From: Bacteroidota bacterium
GTDB taxonomy: Bacteria; Bacteroidota; Bacteroidia; Cytophagales; ES-bin-26
DNA length: 64,000 nt
Reading direction: 5' to 3'
Assembly (NCBI GenBank): GCA_040385915.1
Contig: JAZKGK010000112.1
Location: 12,320 to 76,319, forward strand
Shown here: piece after piece, positions 46,110 to 54,989 of the stretch
Layout of the letters: each line of letters opens with the position of its first letter
Position numbering within the stretch: the stretch's first letter is position 1
Program-made: the position numbers and the translations under genes
Notes under the pieces: model-generated
Told to the model about the DNA's origin: nothing
Database searches by the model: none
What the model saw: only the letters and a program-made list of their open reading frames with translations

Positions 46110-47954
46110 TCACTGCACTTTCGATCTCTGCCATATAATTAAGCGATTTTCTCCTTTTTTCAGCGTACTGAAAGGGCCTGCCAGGTTAGCTGCTTTAGTG
46201 CGACCCTTACCGAAGAAATCCTTATCTACCGTTGTTTCTATCCCTTGATTGCTCACAGGGTTTTTACCGATCAGTTCGGGCGTAATGATAGGCCCCATCA
46301 CTTTCCATAGGGCATCGTCTACGGTAAAACTGATCTGCACTTGTTGGGCATCAGAAATAACTTTAAAACCAGTCTGGAACGGGCTTTCCACGCTATGCTG
46401 GTCGTAACGGCTTTTGTGGGCTCCTTGCCAGTACACATTATAGTCGGCGGTATTATCAAACAGAAAGGTGGTATCTTTTGGAATGTAAAGTCCTTCTGCA
46501 ATAAACAGGTTATTGAACCATTGATTGTTGCTGATGTTAGCATCCACCCGCTTGGCTACTTTAGTGGAATGCGGAACAAATACGTTCGGCTTCCGTGGCG
46601 TGCCCCCTTCCAGGTAAAATTCAGTATCTACAAAAAGATTGTTGACAAAAATCTGTCCGTTGGTTCCGGTAATCTTGTTTACCTGGCAGTTGATAAAGAT
46701 ATTATTATCAATCAATAAAGGCCCTACCATTACCTCATATTCATTTCTGCGCCCGGCATTCATAATCACGTTGCCCGTCACGCGAGCGCCCTGATTCCCC
46801 CAGTCGAGCCAGATGCCTTGCCCATTGCGTATGTTTCTGATCAAATTTCCTTTGAACAAGGCATCGTTGGCATTGTGGGTTTTAATCCCCGTAGTTTCGT
46901 GCCCAATGAATTCGTTCTTGTAATTAATATCTTCAACCAGATTGTTTTCGATAATGCATTTGGGCGCAAAGGTGCCATATATACCGACTTCGCCGCATTT
47001 CTGAATAATGTTATTGCGAATGATATGGTGACCATAGGCGTTGATATCTTCCACATGGAGACCGGCAGGCTTGCCAGCATCAAGGATTTTGGCATCGAAA
47101 ATATCCCAGACAGATTTATCAGGATAGCTAAACCAGCCGATGTCGATACCCACGGTACGGGCATAGCGAACAAGGCAGTTTTCAATGATCCAGCTCTTGC
47201 CCATTTTCGTACTGACGGCTCCCCCCTGGTCGAACAAGCCGTAGGTATTGGCCGCGTGTTCAACCGTGAATCCACGGATGGTGATGTACTTCAGGTTCCA
47301 TTCGTCGGGGCAGATGACCTGCTTACGGACGTTGATTTCTGTCAATCCAGCGTTGGGGTCTTTTTCACCGAAGTTGGCGTAAAGGGTCGTTATTCCCTTG
47401 GTGGAATCAACTTTGGAATGCCAGGTATTGGAAATTCCCACGATACCCCATTCAAAATCCAATTGCTCCAGAAAGGCTTCGCCATTGAAATAAACGTCGC
47501 CTCGGGTGTGCTTATGTCCGGCTCCCATCCAAATATCTTCCACTGTAAGCGCGTACGGATTGTAGCCACCAAACCAAGTGTTTGGCACCTCGACAGTCCA
47601 GATATTGCCGTTGAATTTCTGCCAGTGCTTGACAACCTCGGAGCCTTTAATACTCACTTTTTCGCCTTTCGCCGCCTGGTAAACAATCCGTTTACTTTCG
47701 GACTCACCACTACGAATCGGCTTCAGCCATTCCCGGTATATACCCGCGTGTACGGTAATTTCATCGCCAGGTTGAGCCAGTTGAGCGGCCCGGTTGATCG
47801 TTAGCAAGGGTTTTTCCTTCGTGCCTGCATTCTGGTCATTGCCGGTTTTGGCCACGTGTATTTCCTTGGCATAAAGGCTAGTAGAAAGCCCAAGTGTCAA
47901 CACGAGGATGGCTAAAGACCGGATTTTGCTGCAATAAGGAAAGATCCTGCGCAT
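46110..47954 (-). CDS. Secreted right-handed parallel beta-helix repeat protein (putative polysaccharide lyase/hydrolase)
   Basis: Signal peptide. N-terminus IHVAKTGNDQNAGTKEKPLLTINRAAQLAQPGDEITVHAGIYRE is typical of pectate-lyase-fold proteins. Repeated beta-helix rungs: IIRNNIIQKCGEVGIYG, CIIENNLVEDI, FKGNLIRNI, VTGNVIMN, LLIDNNIFINC. Confidence 0.7.
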   Translation of the reverse strand: MRRIFPYCSKIRSLAILVLTLGLSTSLYAKEIHVAKTGNDQNAGTKEKPLLTINRAAQLAQPGDEITVHAGIYREWLKPIRSGESESKRIVYQAAKGEKVSIKGSEVVKHWQKFNGNIWTVEVPNTWFGGYNPYALTVEDIWMGAGHKHTRGDVYFNGEAFLEQLDFEWGIVGISNTWHSKVDSTKGITTLYANFGEKDPNAGLTEINVRKQVICPDEWNLKYITIRGFTVEHAANTYGLFDQGGAVSTKMGKSWIIENCLVRYARTVGIDIGWFSYPDKSVWDIFDAKILDAGKPAGLHVEDINAYGHHIIRNNIIQKCGEVGIYGTFAPKCIIENNLVEDINYKNEFIGHETTGIKTHNANDALFKGNLIRNIRNGQGIWLDWGNQGARVTGNVIMNAGRRNEYEVMVGPLLIDNNIFINCQVNKITGTNGQIFVNNLFVDTEFYLEGGTPRKPNVFVPHSTKVAKRVDANISNNQWFNNLFIAEGLYIPKDTTFLFDNTADYNVYWQGAHKSRYDQHSVESPFQTGFKVISDAQQVQISFTVDDALWKVMGPIITPELIGKNPVSNQGIETTVDKDFFGKGRTKAANLAGPFSTLKKGENRLIIWQRSKVQ

Positions 47955-48004
47955 GTAATGTAAATTAGATATTAGGCTTGTTTGTCCGTATATTCTTATT
48001 TCCC

Positions 48005-50554
48005 TTACCAGGTAACTACCGTCTGGTTAATTATTGGATTAGTTGGATAACGGAGCTTACCGGATTTTACCTGTACTTCTATGTAATACTCAATCGCTTG
48101 ACTTTTCCATTCTCCCGTAGAGAGCGCAGCGTTATAAACATTTTGCCCTACGTGCGCCAGCGGCTTGCTTTGATAAGCGCCTTTGCCCAATGGTCGCCAG
48201 AAAATAGTAGCCGACTGAATAGCATACGCAGTCAAAACGCGGATTTTTTGTGTGAAGGCTTCGCTTGGGAGCAACAGTGTTCGTTGCGTGGTCACGACCA
48301 ACCGCGATGCGCCCTGGTAGGTGTTGGACAAGTTCAGCACCGGAACAGATGCGCCCAAATGGGCGGTTAACAGACTGTCGTATTTGTTCAGCGATTGCAG
48401 GCTTCCCAGGCTGTGCTGCTCCAGATTGGCCACCGTTCCCAGTTCGCCCATCGTGCTAACCGTTTGCAACAGATAAGTGCCCATGGCAGTCCAGGCGGCG
48501 GCAGCTTCCTTTCGCTTGTCCAGCAGGTGGCTGGCTAGTTTGAGCTGGTTACCAGGCAGGGCTTTCTCTTTATCTATTTGTTTGGCAATCCCTTCCATTT
48601 CCCCTAACAGACAACCCACTTGCGCTTGCGAGCGGGCATAGTAAAAGGTATTTAACCAGTACTGATACCTTTCCAGATTGCCCACGCCGGCAATCATTGG
48701 TTGGCAGTTTTCATAGGCTGCAATAAAAGCGTAGGCTTTTTCCACTTCAGTCCAAGGCGTGGAATTTACCTTGATACGACCCGGCCCCTTCGCTCCCCAT
48801 TCAGACGAACGGAAGAAATTAGCAGTCCGGTCGCCTTTTCCTTTTTCATACAAAGGCCCACCGTCTAACTGAGCAAACAAGGTAGCCATTTTATCGGACG
48901 CTTTTGCACCAAATTCACTTTGTGCCCATTCATGGTATAAGTCATTCACCGCATAATCGCGCTTGCCTTCCGGTACTGACTGGGTATAGGTATTCGCTTC
49001 CCAACCCGCTTTAGCGAGCGCCAGAAAAGCCGTAGCTAAATTCCGGGTACGCCAATGAATGCCCATAAAACCCGTGCAGCCGTACTGATAGGCATCTTTG
49101 GCATCTTTCAATACCCGGCCTGCCCAGAATTGCGGCGTGGTCAGGGAATTGTCGTCTTCTACCCAGGTAATTTCCCACTTGGGCCTGCCCTGAATATTGC
49201 GGAAGCTGGATTCTACAGGGGTAAAACCGATTTCCCGGTTGATCACGCCAAAGGGCATTTCCTTAGGCAGCAGGCGATCAAATTCGGCACGATCACGCGA
49301 TGGCCCTAATACCCAGCCACAAGTGGCGAGGGTAAAGGGAGCCTCTACTTTTTTGGCGGCGGCTACGGCACTGAGTAAGTCTTTTCGGGTGCGTTCTACA
49401 GCCTCCTGCGATTCTCCTTCCCAAGTCCAGCCTTCGGGCGTCCAAAACCAGTAGTAGTTCAAGGGATAAGCGGCTTTGATGCGGGAAAACATGCCTTCGT
49501 ATAACTCCTGCCGGGTAGCATCCGATTCGGGATCTTTGTTCTGGGAACGCAGACGGGCTTTAACCTGACTAGGAATAGTAAGGGGCGTTTCGGTGCCTAG
49601 GCAAGTCTGAACGCCTAGTTTCTGCGCCAGGGCAAAAGTATGGTTCAACAGCGTGCCTACTTTATTGAAAATGGTTATGTTCTCCTGCGGACTATGCGGC
49701 CAGGGCGAACTATTTTGCATGTAGTCAGCTCCGAAGATATCCGTTTCAAATAGCTGTGAAGCGCCAAAATGGTAGTCGGAGGTCTTTTTCGCATAGTAAG
49801 CCCAGGTGCTATCGCCCGTATTGGCGTGCATGACCGGATACGCGCTTTTGACTGTTCCGTCAGCATTCATTTGATCTTTCGTACCAATCCAGGCCAAAGG
49901 TTCCGCTTTTTCCCAACCGCCAAAAGGGTTCTTTTCTGGATAATTATGGAAACCAATGAAATTCATACCCATTTTGGGAAGTTGGGTAACCGTCGCCTCG
50001 TATTCGTCTTCATTCCACCAATCAGGCCCTTCGGCAAAATCGTGGAAAGGCTGGATGCCGCGTAAGGCAAAGGCGGGTTGATAGGTTTGATTGAAACCAG
50101 TGAGGTTAATTGCCTTGGTTTGTTCATCGGGAATGATATCGCCGTGCAGAGAAAAACCAATGCTGGTACTTTCCAGAAATTTATACGCCCCATACAATGC
50201 AGCCACTTCGCTACCGCCTACAATCAGTAATTGATTCGAGCCGAATGATTTCAGGATATAACTATCCCCTGCCAGCGCCGGAAGAGCGGCTTTCTTGCCC
50301 GTTTCAGTAGAAATAATGTTTGCACGACTGGCTACTATAATACCTGGAGAAGGTAAAGCCTCAGTCGCGGTGATGGCTTTTAAGGCTGGCAACTCGCCAG
50401 TGCGCAGGTACAGATAACGCTGCAACTCTTTGGCAGCCAATAGTTCAGATCCTTTGGCCTGCTTGAAATAGCCGATGGAAGGAATTTTACTTTTCTGTCC
50501 AAAAGCGGGGGCAAAGGAGAACAGAACAAGCACCAAAAGTATTGTATTTTTCAT
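48005..50554 (-). CDS. Secreted putative glycoside hydrolase (family not assignable by eye)
   Basis: 849 aa. Signal peptide MKNTILLVLVLFSFAPAFGQ. The N-terminal module ...GDSYILKSFGSNQLLIVGGSEVAALYGAYKFLE resembles the N-domain found in GH20/GH67/GH115-type enzymes, followed by a Trp-rich TIM-barrel-like core. It sits within a CAZyme cluster. Confidence 0.45.
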   Translation of the reverse strand: MKNTILLVLVLFSFAPAFGQKSKIPSIGYFKQAKGSELLAAKELQRYLYLRTGELPALKAITATEALPSPGIIVASRANIISTETGKKAALPALAGDSYILKSFGSNQLLIVGGSEVAALYGAYKFLESTSIGFSLHGDIIPDEQTKAINLTGFNQTYQPAFALRGIQPFHDFAEGPDWWNEDEYEATVTQLPKMGMNFIGFHNYPEKNPFGGWEKAEPLAWIGTKDQMNADGTVKSAYPVMHANTGDSTWAYYAKKTSDYHFGASQLFETDIFGADYMQNSSPWPHSPQENITIFNKVGTLLNHTFALAQKLGVQTCLGTETPLTIPSQVKARLRSQNKDPESDATRQELYEGMFSRIKAAYPLNYYWFWTPEGWTWEGESQEAVERTRKDLLSAVAAAKKVEAPFTLATCGWVLGPSRDRAEFDRLLPKEMPFGVINREIGFTPVESSFRNIQGRPKWEITWVEDDNSLTTPQFWAGRVLKDAKDAYQYGCTGFMGIHWRTRNLATAFLALAKAGWEANTYTQSVPEGKRDYAVNDLYHEWAQSEFGAKASDKMATLFAQLDGGPLYEKGKGDRTANFFRSSEWGAKGPGRIKVNSTPWTEVEKAYAFIAAYENCQPMIAGVGNLERYQYWLNTFYYARSQAQVGCLLGEMEGIAKQIDKEKALPGNQLKLASHLLDKRKEAAAAWTAMGTYLLQTVSTMGELGTVANLEQHSLGSLQSLNKYDSLLTAHLGASVPVLNLSNTYQGASRLVVTTQRTLLLPSEAFTQKIRVLTAYAIQSATIFWRPLGKGAYQSKPLAHVGQNVYNAALSTGEWKSQAIEYYIEVQVKSGKLRYPTNPIINQTVVTW

Positions 50555-50640
50555 CTAAAAATTGTTGGCTGATGAGTAGCTAGGCTCTTTTAAGCTTAGG
50601 CAAAGTTGAAATATTTTCAATGAAAAGCGTACTACGTCTT

Positions 50641-51510
50641 TTAGTCAAAAGCCAATGACTGGTGACCAATAGCTGATGGCTGTCCACTGCTCGTATACCT
50701 TGCTTTCAAAAGGTTCATCATATATGCATTAACCTCCCACTGACTTGTAATAGGCTGGCGGGTGAAAGGCAAAGCGATCATATAGGGAGCTGGGCCGAAT
50801 TCGGGTGTAATGGTTAGCAAAGCGTTGGATCCTTCAGACCGCTTGCGCGCCACCACCTGATCCCACCAAGCCATGTGTACCTGTACGGCTTCCTGCCATT
50901 CGGGTACGCGGGGATCGGGAATTTGTGGCCCTTCGGGATAGCCTACCCGGGCATGGATATGCTCTGTACGCGAGATGGCGAGTGCCATAGCTTCGGCTTG
51001 GTCTTCCAGGTACGATTCGGCCACGCATACCCAATGAGAAGCATCCAGCGTAATTTTCAACTCTGGAATCTGTTGCAAATACATATGGGTAATGTGGGCG
51101 GCAAAAGGGAACTTATTTCGGTGAGTTTCGTGAAAAAGGTCTGTGCCCGTACTTTTGGTGAATTCCGAGGCCAAGTCAATCAAGGCTTTGTTCTGCTCGA
51201 AAGTAAAAAAGTCCTTGCCCGTTTGGGAGTCAATCCGCAGCATTGGGTAAGGCCGGACTTTCTCCAACCAAGCGGCATACCGGTCATGATGCAGGGGGAA
51301 ATGAGCATCGTAAGTACCGTAATGTTGGCCAATTACCTCCAAGCCGTATTTTTCGAACTTTTCCCAAACGTAATCCAGCTCACTTATCGGCGTTTCATTC
51401 GGAATGCCGTATTCTACTCCGTCGTATCCGGCGTCTTTGACTTGCTGAAGAAAAACGTCCCAACTCAATTGTTCACTTCCCCAACGGGGGCAAAAAAATT
51501 TAAGTATCAT
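50641..51510 (-). CDS. Sugar-phosphate isomerase/epimerase (xylose-isomerase-like TIM barrel)
   Basis: 289 aa. N-terminus WDVFLQQVKDAGYDGVEYGIP and the later HxxH/E-rich metal-site pattern (FHETHRN, DASHWVCV, HIHARVG) are typical of the AP_endonuc_2 TIM-barrel family. Confidence 0.75.
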   Translation of the reverse strand: MILKFFCPRWGSEQLSWDVFLQQVKDAGYDGVEYGIPNETPISELDYVWEKFEKYGLEVIGQHYGTYDAHFPLHHDRYAAWLEKVRPYPMLRIDSQTGKDFFTFEQNKALIDLASEFTKSTGTDLFHETHRNKFPFAAHITHMYLQQIPELKITLDASHWVCVAESYLEDQAEAMALAISRTEHIHARVGYPEGPQIPDPRVPEWQEAVQVHMAWWDQVVARKRSEGSNALLTITPEFGPAPYMIALPFTRQPITSQWEVNAYMMNLLKARYTSSGQPSAIGHQSLAFD

Positions 51511-51564
51511 AGGTTTTAGGGATGTAAAAGTAGGTCTTAGGATGTAGTAATTAGGTTTTAGGCG
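51510..51564. promoter_or_regulatory. Triple direct repeat TAGGTYTTAGG at exact 21-bp phasing immediately upstream of the isomerase gene
   Basis: taggttttagg at 51510, taggtcttagg at 51531 and taggttttagg at 51552. The 21-nt period equals two helical turns. The array abuts the start codon at 51508-51510. Confidence 0.4.
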
Positions 51565-51603
51565 TTAAATCTTTTATAAAACACATCATTTAACAGCTGA
51601 TTT

Positions 51604-52491
51604 CTAATCCATTAAACTCGTCTTGATCTTGAGTACTTCTGGACGCAAATAGGGTTTATTGACATCTATAACACCTTTGTAAGCATAAGGATCGGTGCCT
51701 GCTACCATTACAATATCCCGTAAATCTTCGGTTGCGGCCAATTTTCCGTCTTGATCCCAAGGCAACATCGACTCAGCACTCATATAATGATTGACTAATG
51801 CCGTCCGGAAATTATCGTGGGTTTTGTTGCGTAAAGAGCTATGCAGCGTATACCCATGAAAGAACACAACTGAGCCGCTCTTTACTTCTACGGGAATTAT
51901 TGCCTCTGCCGGATAATCAGCCACACTTACAGTATCTACATCTGCATATTCATTACTATGGCTAGGCACCCGCGAGCGGATATAGCTGGGTTTGTGCGAG
52001 CCAGGAATGATCCAGAGACAGCCATTTTCGATGGTTGCGTCATCAATAGCAATCCAGGCACCCACCAGGGAGCAGTCTCTGGTAGGAATGTAGTATTCAT
52101 CCTGGTGCCAGGATTGGCCGGCTTTTTCGGGTGCTTTCACAAAAAGCATTGACTGCATGCTCTTCACATTGGGACTCACAATGCCCGTCAGCACATTTAC
52201 AATGCCTGGGTGCGATAAAAAGTTATGAATAATCGGTGATATTTTGTGGGGAAAGTGAATCGCTACGTATTTCTTGAGTATCTCCGAATCTGGTTCGTCG
52301 GCCTCCACTTCTTGCAAGCCTTCTATCAGGCCACGGTTTCCGCGAAAAATCTGGTTTGTTTCTTTTTTGAGCGTATCTATCTCTTGCGACCTTACCAAAT
52401 CAGGGGCAATCAAATAGCCATATTCCTGGTAGAAAGCAATATTGTCGGGCGATAGCTGGCTGTTATTTACGTACGCGTGGCTTGGATTCAT
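51604..52491 (-). CDS. Phytanoyl-CoA dioxygenase (PhyH)-family Fe(II)/2-oxoglutarate oxygenase
   Basis: 295 aa. N-terminal FYQEYGYLIAPDLV, an HxD iron site within SWHQDEYY, a distal His in FFHGYTLHSS, and an R further downstream. Confidence 0.8.
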   Translation of the reverse strand: MNPSHAYVNNSQLSPDNIAFYQEYGYLIAPDLVRSQEIDTLKKETNQIFRGNRGLIEGLQEVEADEPDSEILKKYVAIHFPHKISPIIHNFLSHPGIVNVLTGIVSPNVKSMQSMLFVKAPEKAGQSWHQDEYYIPTRDCSLVGAWIAIDDATIENGCLWIIPGSHKPSYIRSRVPSHSNEYADVDTVSVADYPAEAIIPVEVKSGSVVFFHGYTLHSSLRNKTHDNFRTALVNHYMSAESMLPWDQDGKLAATEDLRDIVMVAGTDPYAYKGVIDVNKPYLRPEVLKIKTSLMD

Positions 52492-52538
52492 AGTGGTTGA
52501 ATGTTTAATTGTATAAGGGTCAATTGGGATGGGTGGAT

Positions 52539-53924
52539 TTATTTTACTACTAGTTTTTCAATTTCTTCCAACGTTTTTCCTTTCGTTTCTGGCACTTTCA
52601 CAAAGATGTAAACAAAGGCCACGGCACAGAAAAGGGCGTAGGTAAAGAGCGTTGCCGAGGTGCCTAGTTGCTGCGTCATGACCGGAAAGGTATAGGTGAC
52701 CACAAAGTCGGCTAGCCATAAGGCTAAAGTGGCTGCTGACATCGCCAAACCCCGAATCCGGTTGGGGAATATTTCTGACAAGTATACCCAGGTAACCGCA
52801 CCCAAGGTACAGCCGAACGCCGCCACGTATACCAGCGTAGCAATCAGCACAAGATAGTTTTCATAATACTTATATTGGAAGCAAAGCGCCACTGAAACAA
52901 GAGAAAGACCCATCAGTAAACTACCGATGAGGAGCAGTCGCTTTCTACCGATCCGGTCGACCAGCCCGATAGCAATGAAGGTTGATAAGACATTAACCAC
53001 TCCAATGCTGAGGGTTTGCAGCAGTGAGCCGGATGTATTGAGGCCGGTTTCCTTGAAAATTTCGGGAGCGTAGTACAGAATCGCATTGATGCCTGTGATT
53101 TGTTGAAATACTGCGATCAGCACGCCAATGCCTACGATACCTCGGTGCTGAGGCGAAAACAATTCGGATAGCGTAGATTGCTTCTCGTGCTGAAAACTGC
53201 TAACAATCGCAGTGAGTTCACTTCGGCTAAACGCTTCGCCTCCCGTTTTTTGCAGCACCAGACGAGCCTCTTCCGATCGTCCCTTTTTTACTAACCACCT
53301 AGGAGTTTCGGGCACCAAAAAAAGCAGGAGAAGAAATAGCACGGCTGGAAATGTTTGGGAAGCGAACATCCAACGCCAGTTATTTTCACCCAGGTCGGCC
53401 AGCGCATAGTTGGATAAGTACGCCAGTAAAATGCCCGTTACAATAGCCAATTGATACAAAGAAACCAAGCGCCCCCGCCACGATGCCGGAGCCATTTCGG
53501 CAATGTACATGGGAGACACCATGGCGGCAGCTCCCACGCCTAAGCCGCCCAGCAGACGGAAGGCAACGAAAACGTTCAGGCTCGTGGCCAGACCAGCACC
53601 CAGACCCGAAAGGGCAAACAAGATGGCGCAACCGATCAAGACGTATTTTCTGCCATAGGCTTCGGCTAACTTACCCGCCAGCAAAGCCCCAACGCCACAA
53701 CCAATCAGGATACAGCCTACGGCCCACCCCAGCATGTATTCATCCAGAGAAAAATAAGTTTTTAAATAAGGAATTGTGCCAGAGATAATGGCTGTATCAA
53801 ATCCGAAGAGTAAGCCACCCAAGGCGGCAACCCCGCTAACCAGGAGAATAAAGCCGGTCTGGATCTGAATTGGTGGAGGAGAAAGGGGCGGTTTGCTTTC
53901 TATGAAGGAAGGGCTAATAGCCAT
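52539..53924 (-). CDS. MFS sugar porter (sugar:H+ symporter family)
   Basis: 461 aa, 12 TM segments. Sugar-porter signatures GFDTAIISG, GRKYVLIGCAILF, PETPRWL and PETKGKTLEEIE. Confidence 0.9.
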   Translation of the reverse strand: MAISPSFIESKPPLSPPPIQIQTGFILLVSGVAALGGLLFGFDTAIISGTIPYLKTYFSLDEYMLGWAVGCILIGCGVGALLAGKLAEAYGRKYVLIGCAILFALSGLGAGLATSLNVFVAFRLLGGLGVGAAAMVSPMYIAEMAPASWRGRLVSLYQLAIVTGILLAYLSNYALADLGENNWRWMFASQTFPAVLFLLLLFLVPETPRWLVKKGRSEEARLVLQKTGGEAFSRSELTAIVSSFQHEKQSTLSELFSPQHRGIVGIGVLIAVFQQITGINAILYYAPEIFKETGLNTSGSLLQTLSIGVVNVLSTFIAIGLVDRIGRKRLLLIGSLLMGLSLVSVALCFQYKYYENYLVLIATLVYVAAFGCTLGAVTWVYLSEIFPNRIRGLAMSAATLALWLADFVVTYTFPVMTQQLGTSATLFTYALFCAVAFVYIFVKVPETKGKTLEEIEKLVVK

Positions 53925-54042
53925 GCAGCAGTATCGTTATGTTGATGAGCTGTCAAAGTTACATTTTGTTAGCCAGCGTTTCTACTACTTTATTTCTAAA
54001 TAACTAAAGTATATTCACAATAATACACCATCCCCAGCTGTT

Positions 54043-54079
54043 ATTTGCTTAATATAGTAAATCATTTGCTTAGTTATAG
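54043..54079. promoter_or_regulatory. Direct repeat ATTTGCTTA(a/g)T(-/t)ATAG x 2 with 21-bp phasing upstream of the AraC-family gene
   Basis: Copies at 54043-54057 and 54064-54079 lie 28-64 nt upstream of the ATG at 54107, in the divergent MFS/AraC intergenic region. They could be activator half-sites or simply -33/-7 TTTG promoter boxes. Confidence 0.3.
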
Positions 54080-54106
54080 CCAATAAATATATTTTAGACA
54101 ACTATT

Positions 54107-54970
54107 ATGAAGCCACTCATTCAAAAATTACCCCTTTCCGAAGATGCTTCTTTTGTTGCTCGCACCTACCGTACTCCAAACTTTGAAGTACCCTGGCACC
54201 AGCACATCGAGTATGAACTAATTTTGTTCACGGAAGGAGAAGGAATGAGTTTTGTTGGAAATTATGTGGGCGAATTTGAAGTTGGAGATATTTTCTTTTT
54301 GGGCTGCAATGTGCCACACACTTTTCAAAAAAGGCAGAAAGATTTGATTACAAGCGCAGTAGTAGTACAATTTGTGGAAGATTTTTGGGGAAAGGAATTT
54401 TTAAACATGCCCGAAGGCCGGGAAATTCGGCAACTCTTCAATACTTCGATGCAAGGGCTGAAGTTACACGGCGAAAGTAAGACGCTTCTGGAACCATTGG
54501 TCAAGCAATTGGAAGAAGCCAGAGGGTTTAAACGGATAACCATCTTGTGCGAATGTCTGTCAATTATAGCTCAAAAAGAAGAGTTTACGATGCTTTCCAC
54601 CCAGGAAGTAAAGCAGTTAAATGCTAAAGAAAAAGAACGGATTGATAAAGTGTTTCGGTATACGATTGATACCTTTCAAAAACCCATCACGTTGACGTAT
54701 GTAGCAGAAATTGCAGGCATGAGCGTTCCGGCATTTTGTAGCTATTTTAAGAAAAGCACTAAGAAGACCTACATCGATTTCCTGAATGAAGTCCGCATCG
54801 GATATGCCTGCAAGCTGCTGATTGATAGCAGTATGAATGTCTTGGAAATTTGCTATGAAAGTGGTTTTAATACCTTAGCCAATTTCAATAAACAATTCCT
54901 GAAAATAAAAAAGTTACCTCCCTCCCAGTATCGAAAACAATTTGCCAATAGTGTTGGTAACATCAGGTAA
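54107..54970 (+). CDS. AraC-family transcriptional regulator (cupin sensor plus HTH_18)
   Basis: 287 aa. N-terminal cupin-like WHQHIEYELILFTEGEG. The C-terminal double HTH is TLTYVAEIAGMSVPAFCSYFKK...FLNEVRIGYACKLL...ICYESGFNTLANFNKQF. Confidence 0.9.
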   Translation: MKPLIQKLPLSEDASFVARTYRTPNFEVPWHQHIEYELILFTEGEGMSFVGNYVGEFEVGDIFFLGCNVPHTFQKRQKDLITSAVVVQFVEDFWGKEFLNMPEGREIRQLFNTSMQGLKLHGESKTLLEPLVKQLEEARGFKRITILCECLSIIAQKEEFTMLSTQEVKQLNAKEKERIDKVFRYTIDTFQKPITLTYVAEIAGMSVPAFCSYFKKSTKKTYIDFLNEVRIGYACKLLIDSSMNVLEICYESGFNTLANFNKQFLKIKKLPPSQYRKQFANSVGNIR

Positions 54971-54989
54971 ACGCCCTAACGAGAAACGT

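Noticed and set aside
46818-47804. Long antisense ORFs inside large genes: 328 aa here, and also 12152-12796, 29211-29777, 50875-51519, 2557-3171, 43524-44045 and 58236-58772.
   Set aside because: Each lies wholly within, and opposite to, an ORF with clear family motifs. Their translations are low-complexity or Arg/Ser/Gly-rich with no recognisable motifs, which is typical of shadow ORFs in about 50% GC DNA.
45894-54106. Apparent recurrence of TTAGG in several intergenic regions of the sugar cluster (about 46046, 47972, 50608, plus the 51510-51564 array).
   Set aside because: Outside the phased triple repeat these are isolated 5-6-mers. With a few hundred nt of spacer, such hits are expected by chance, and I cannot do the statistics by eye.
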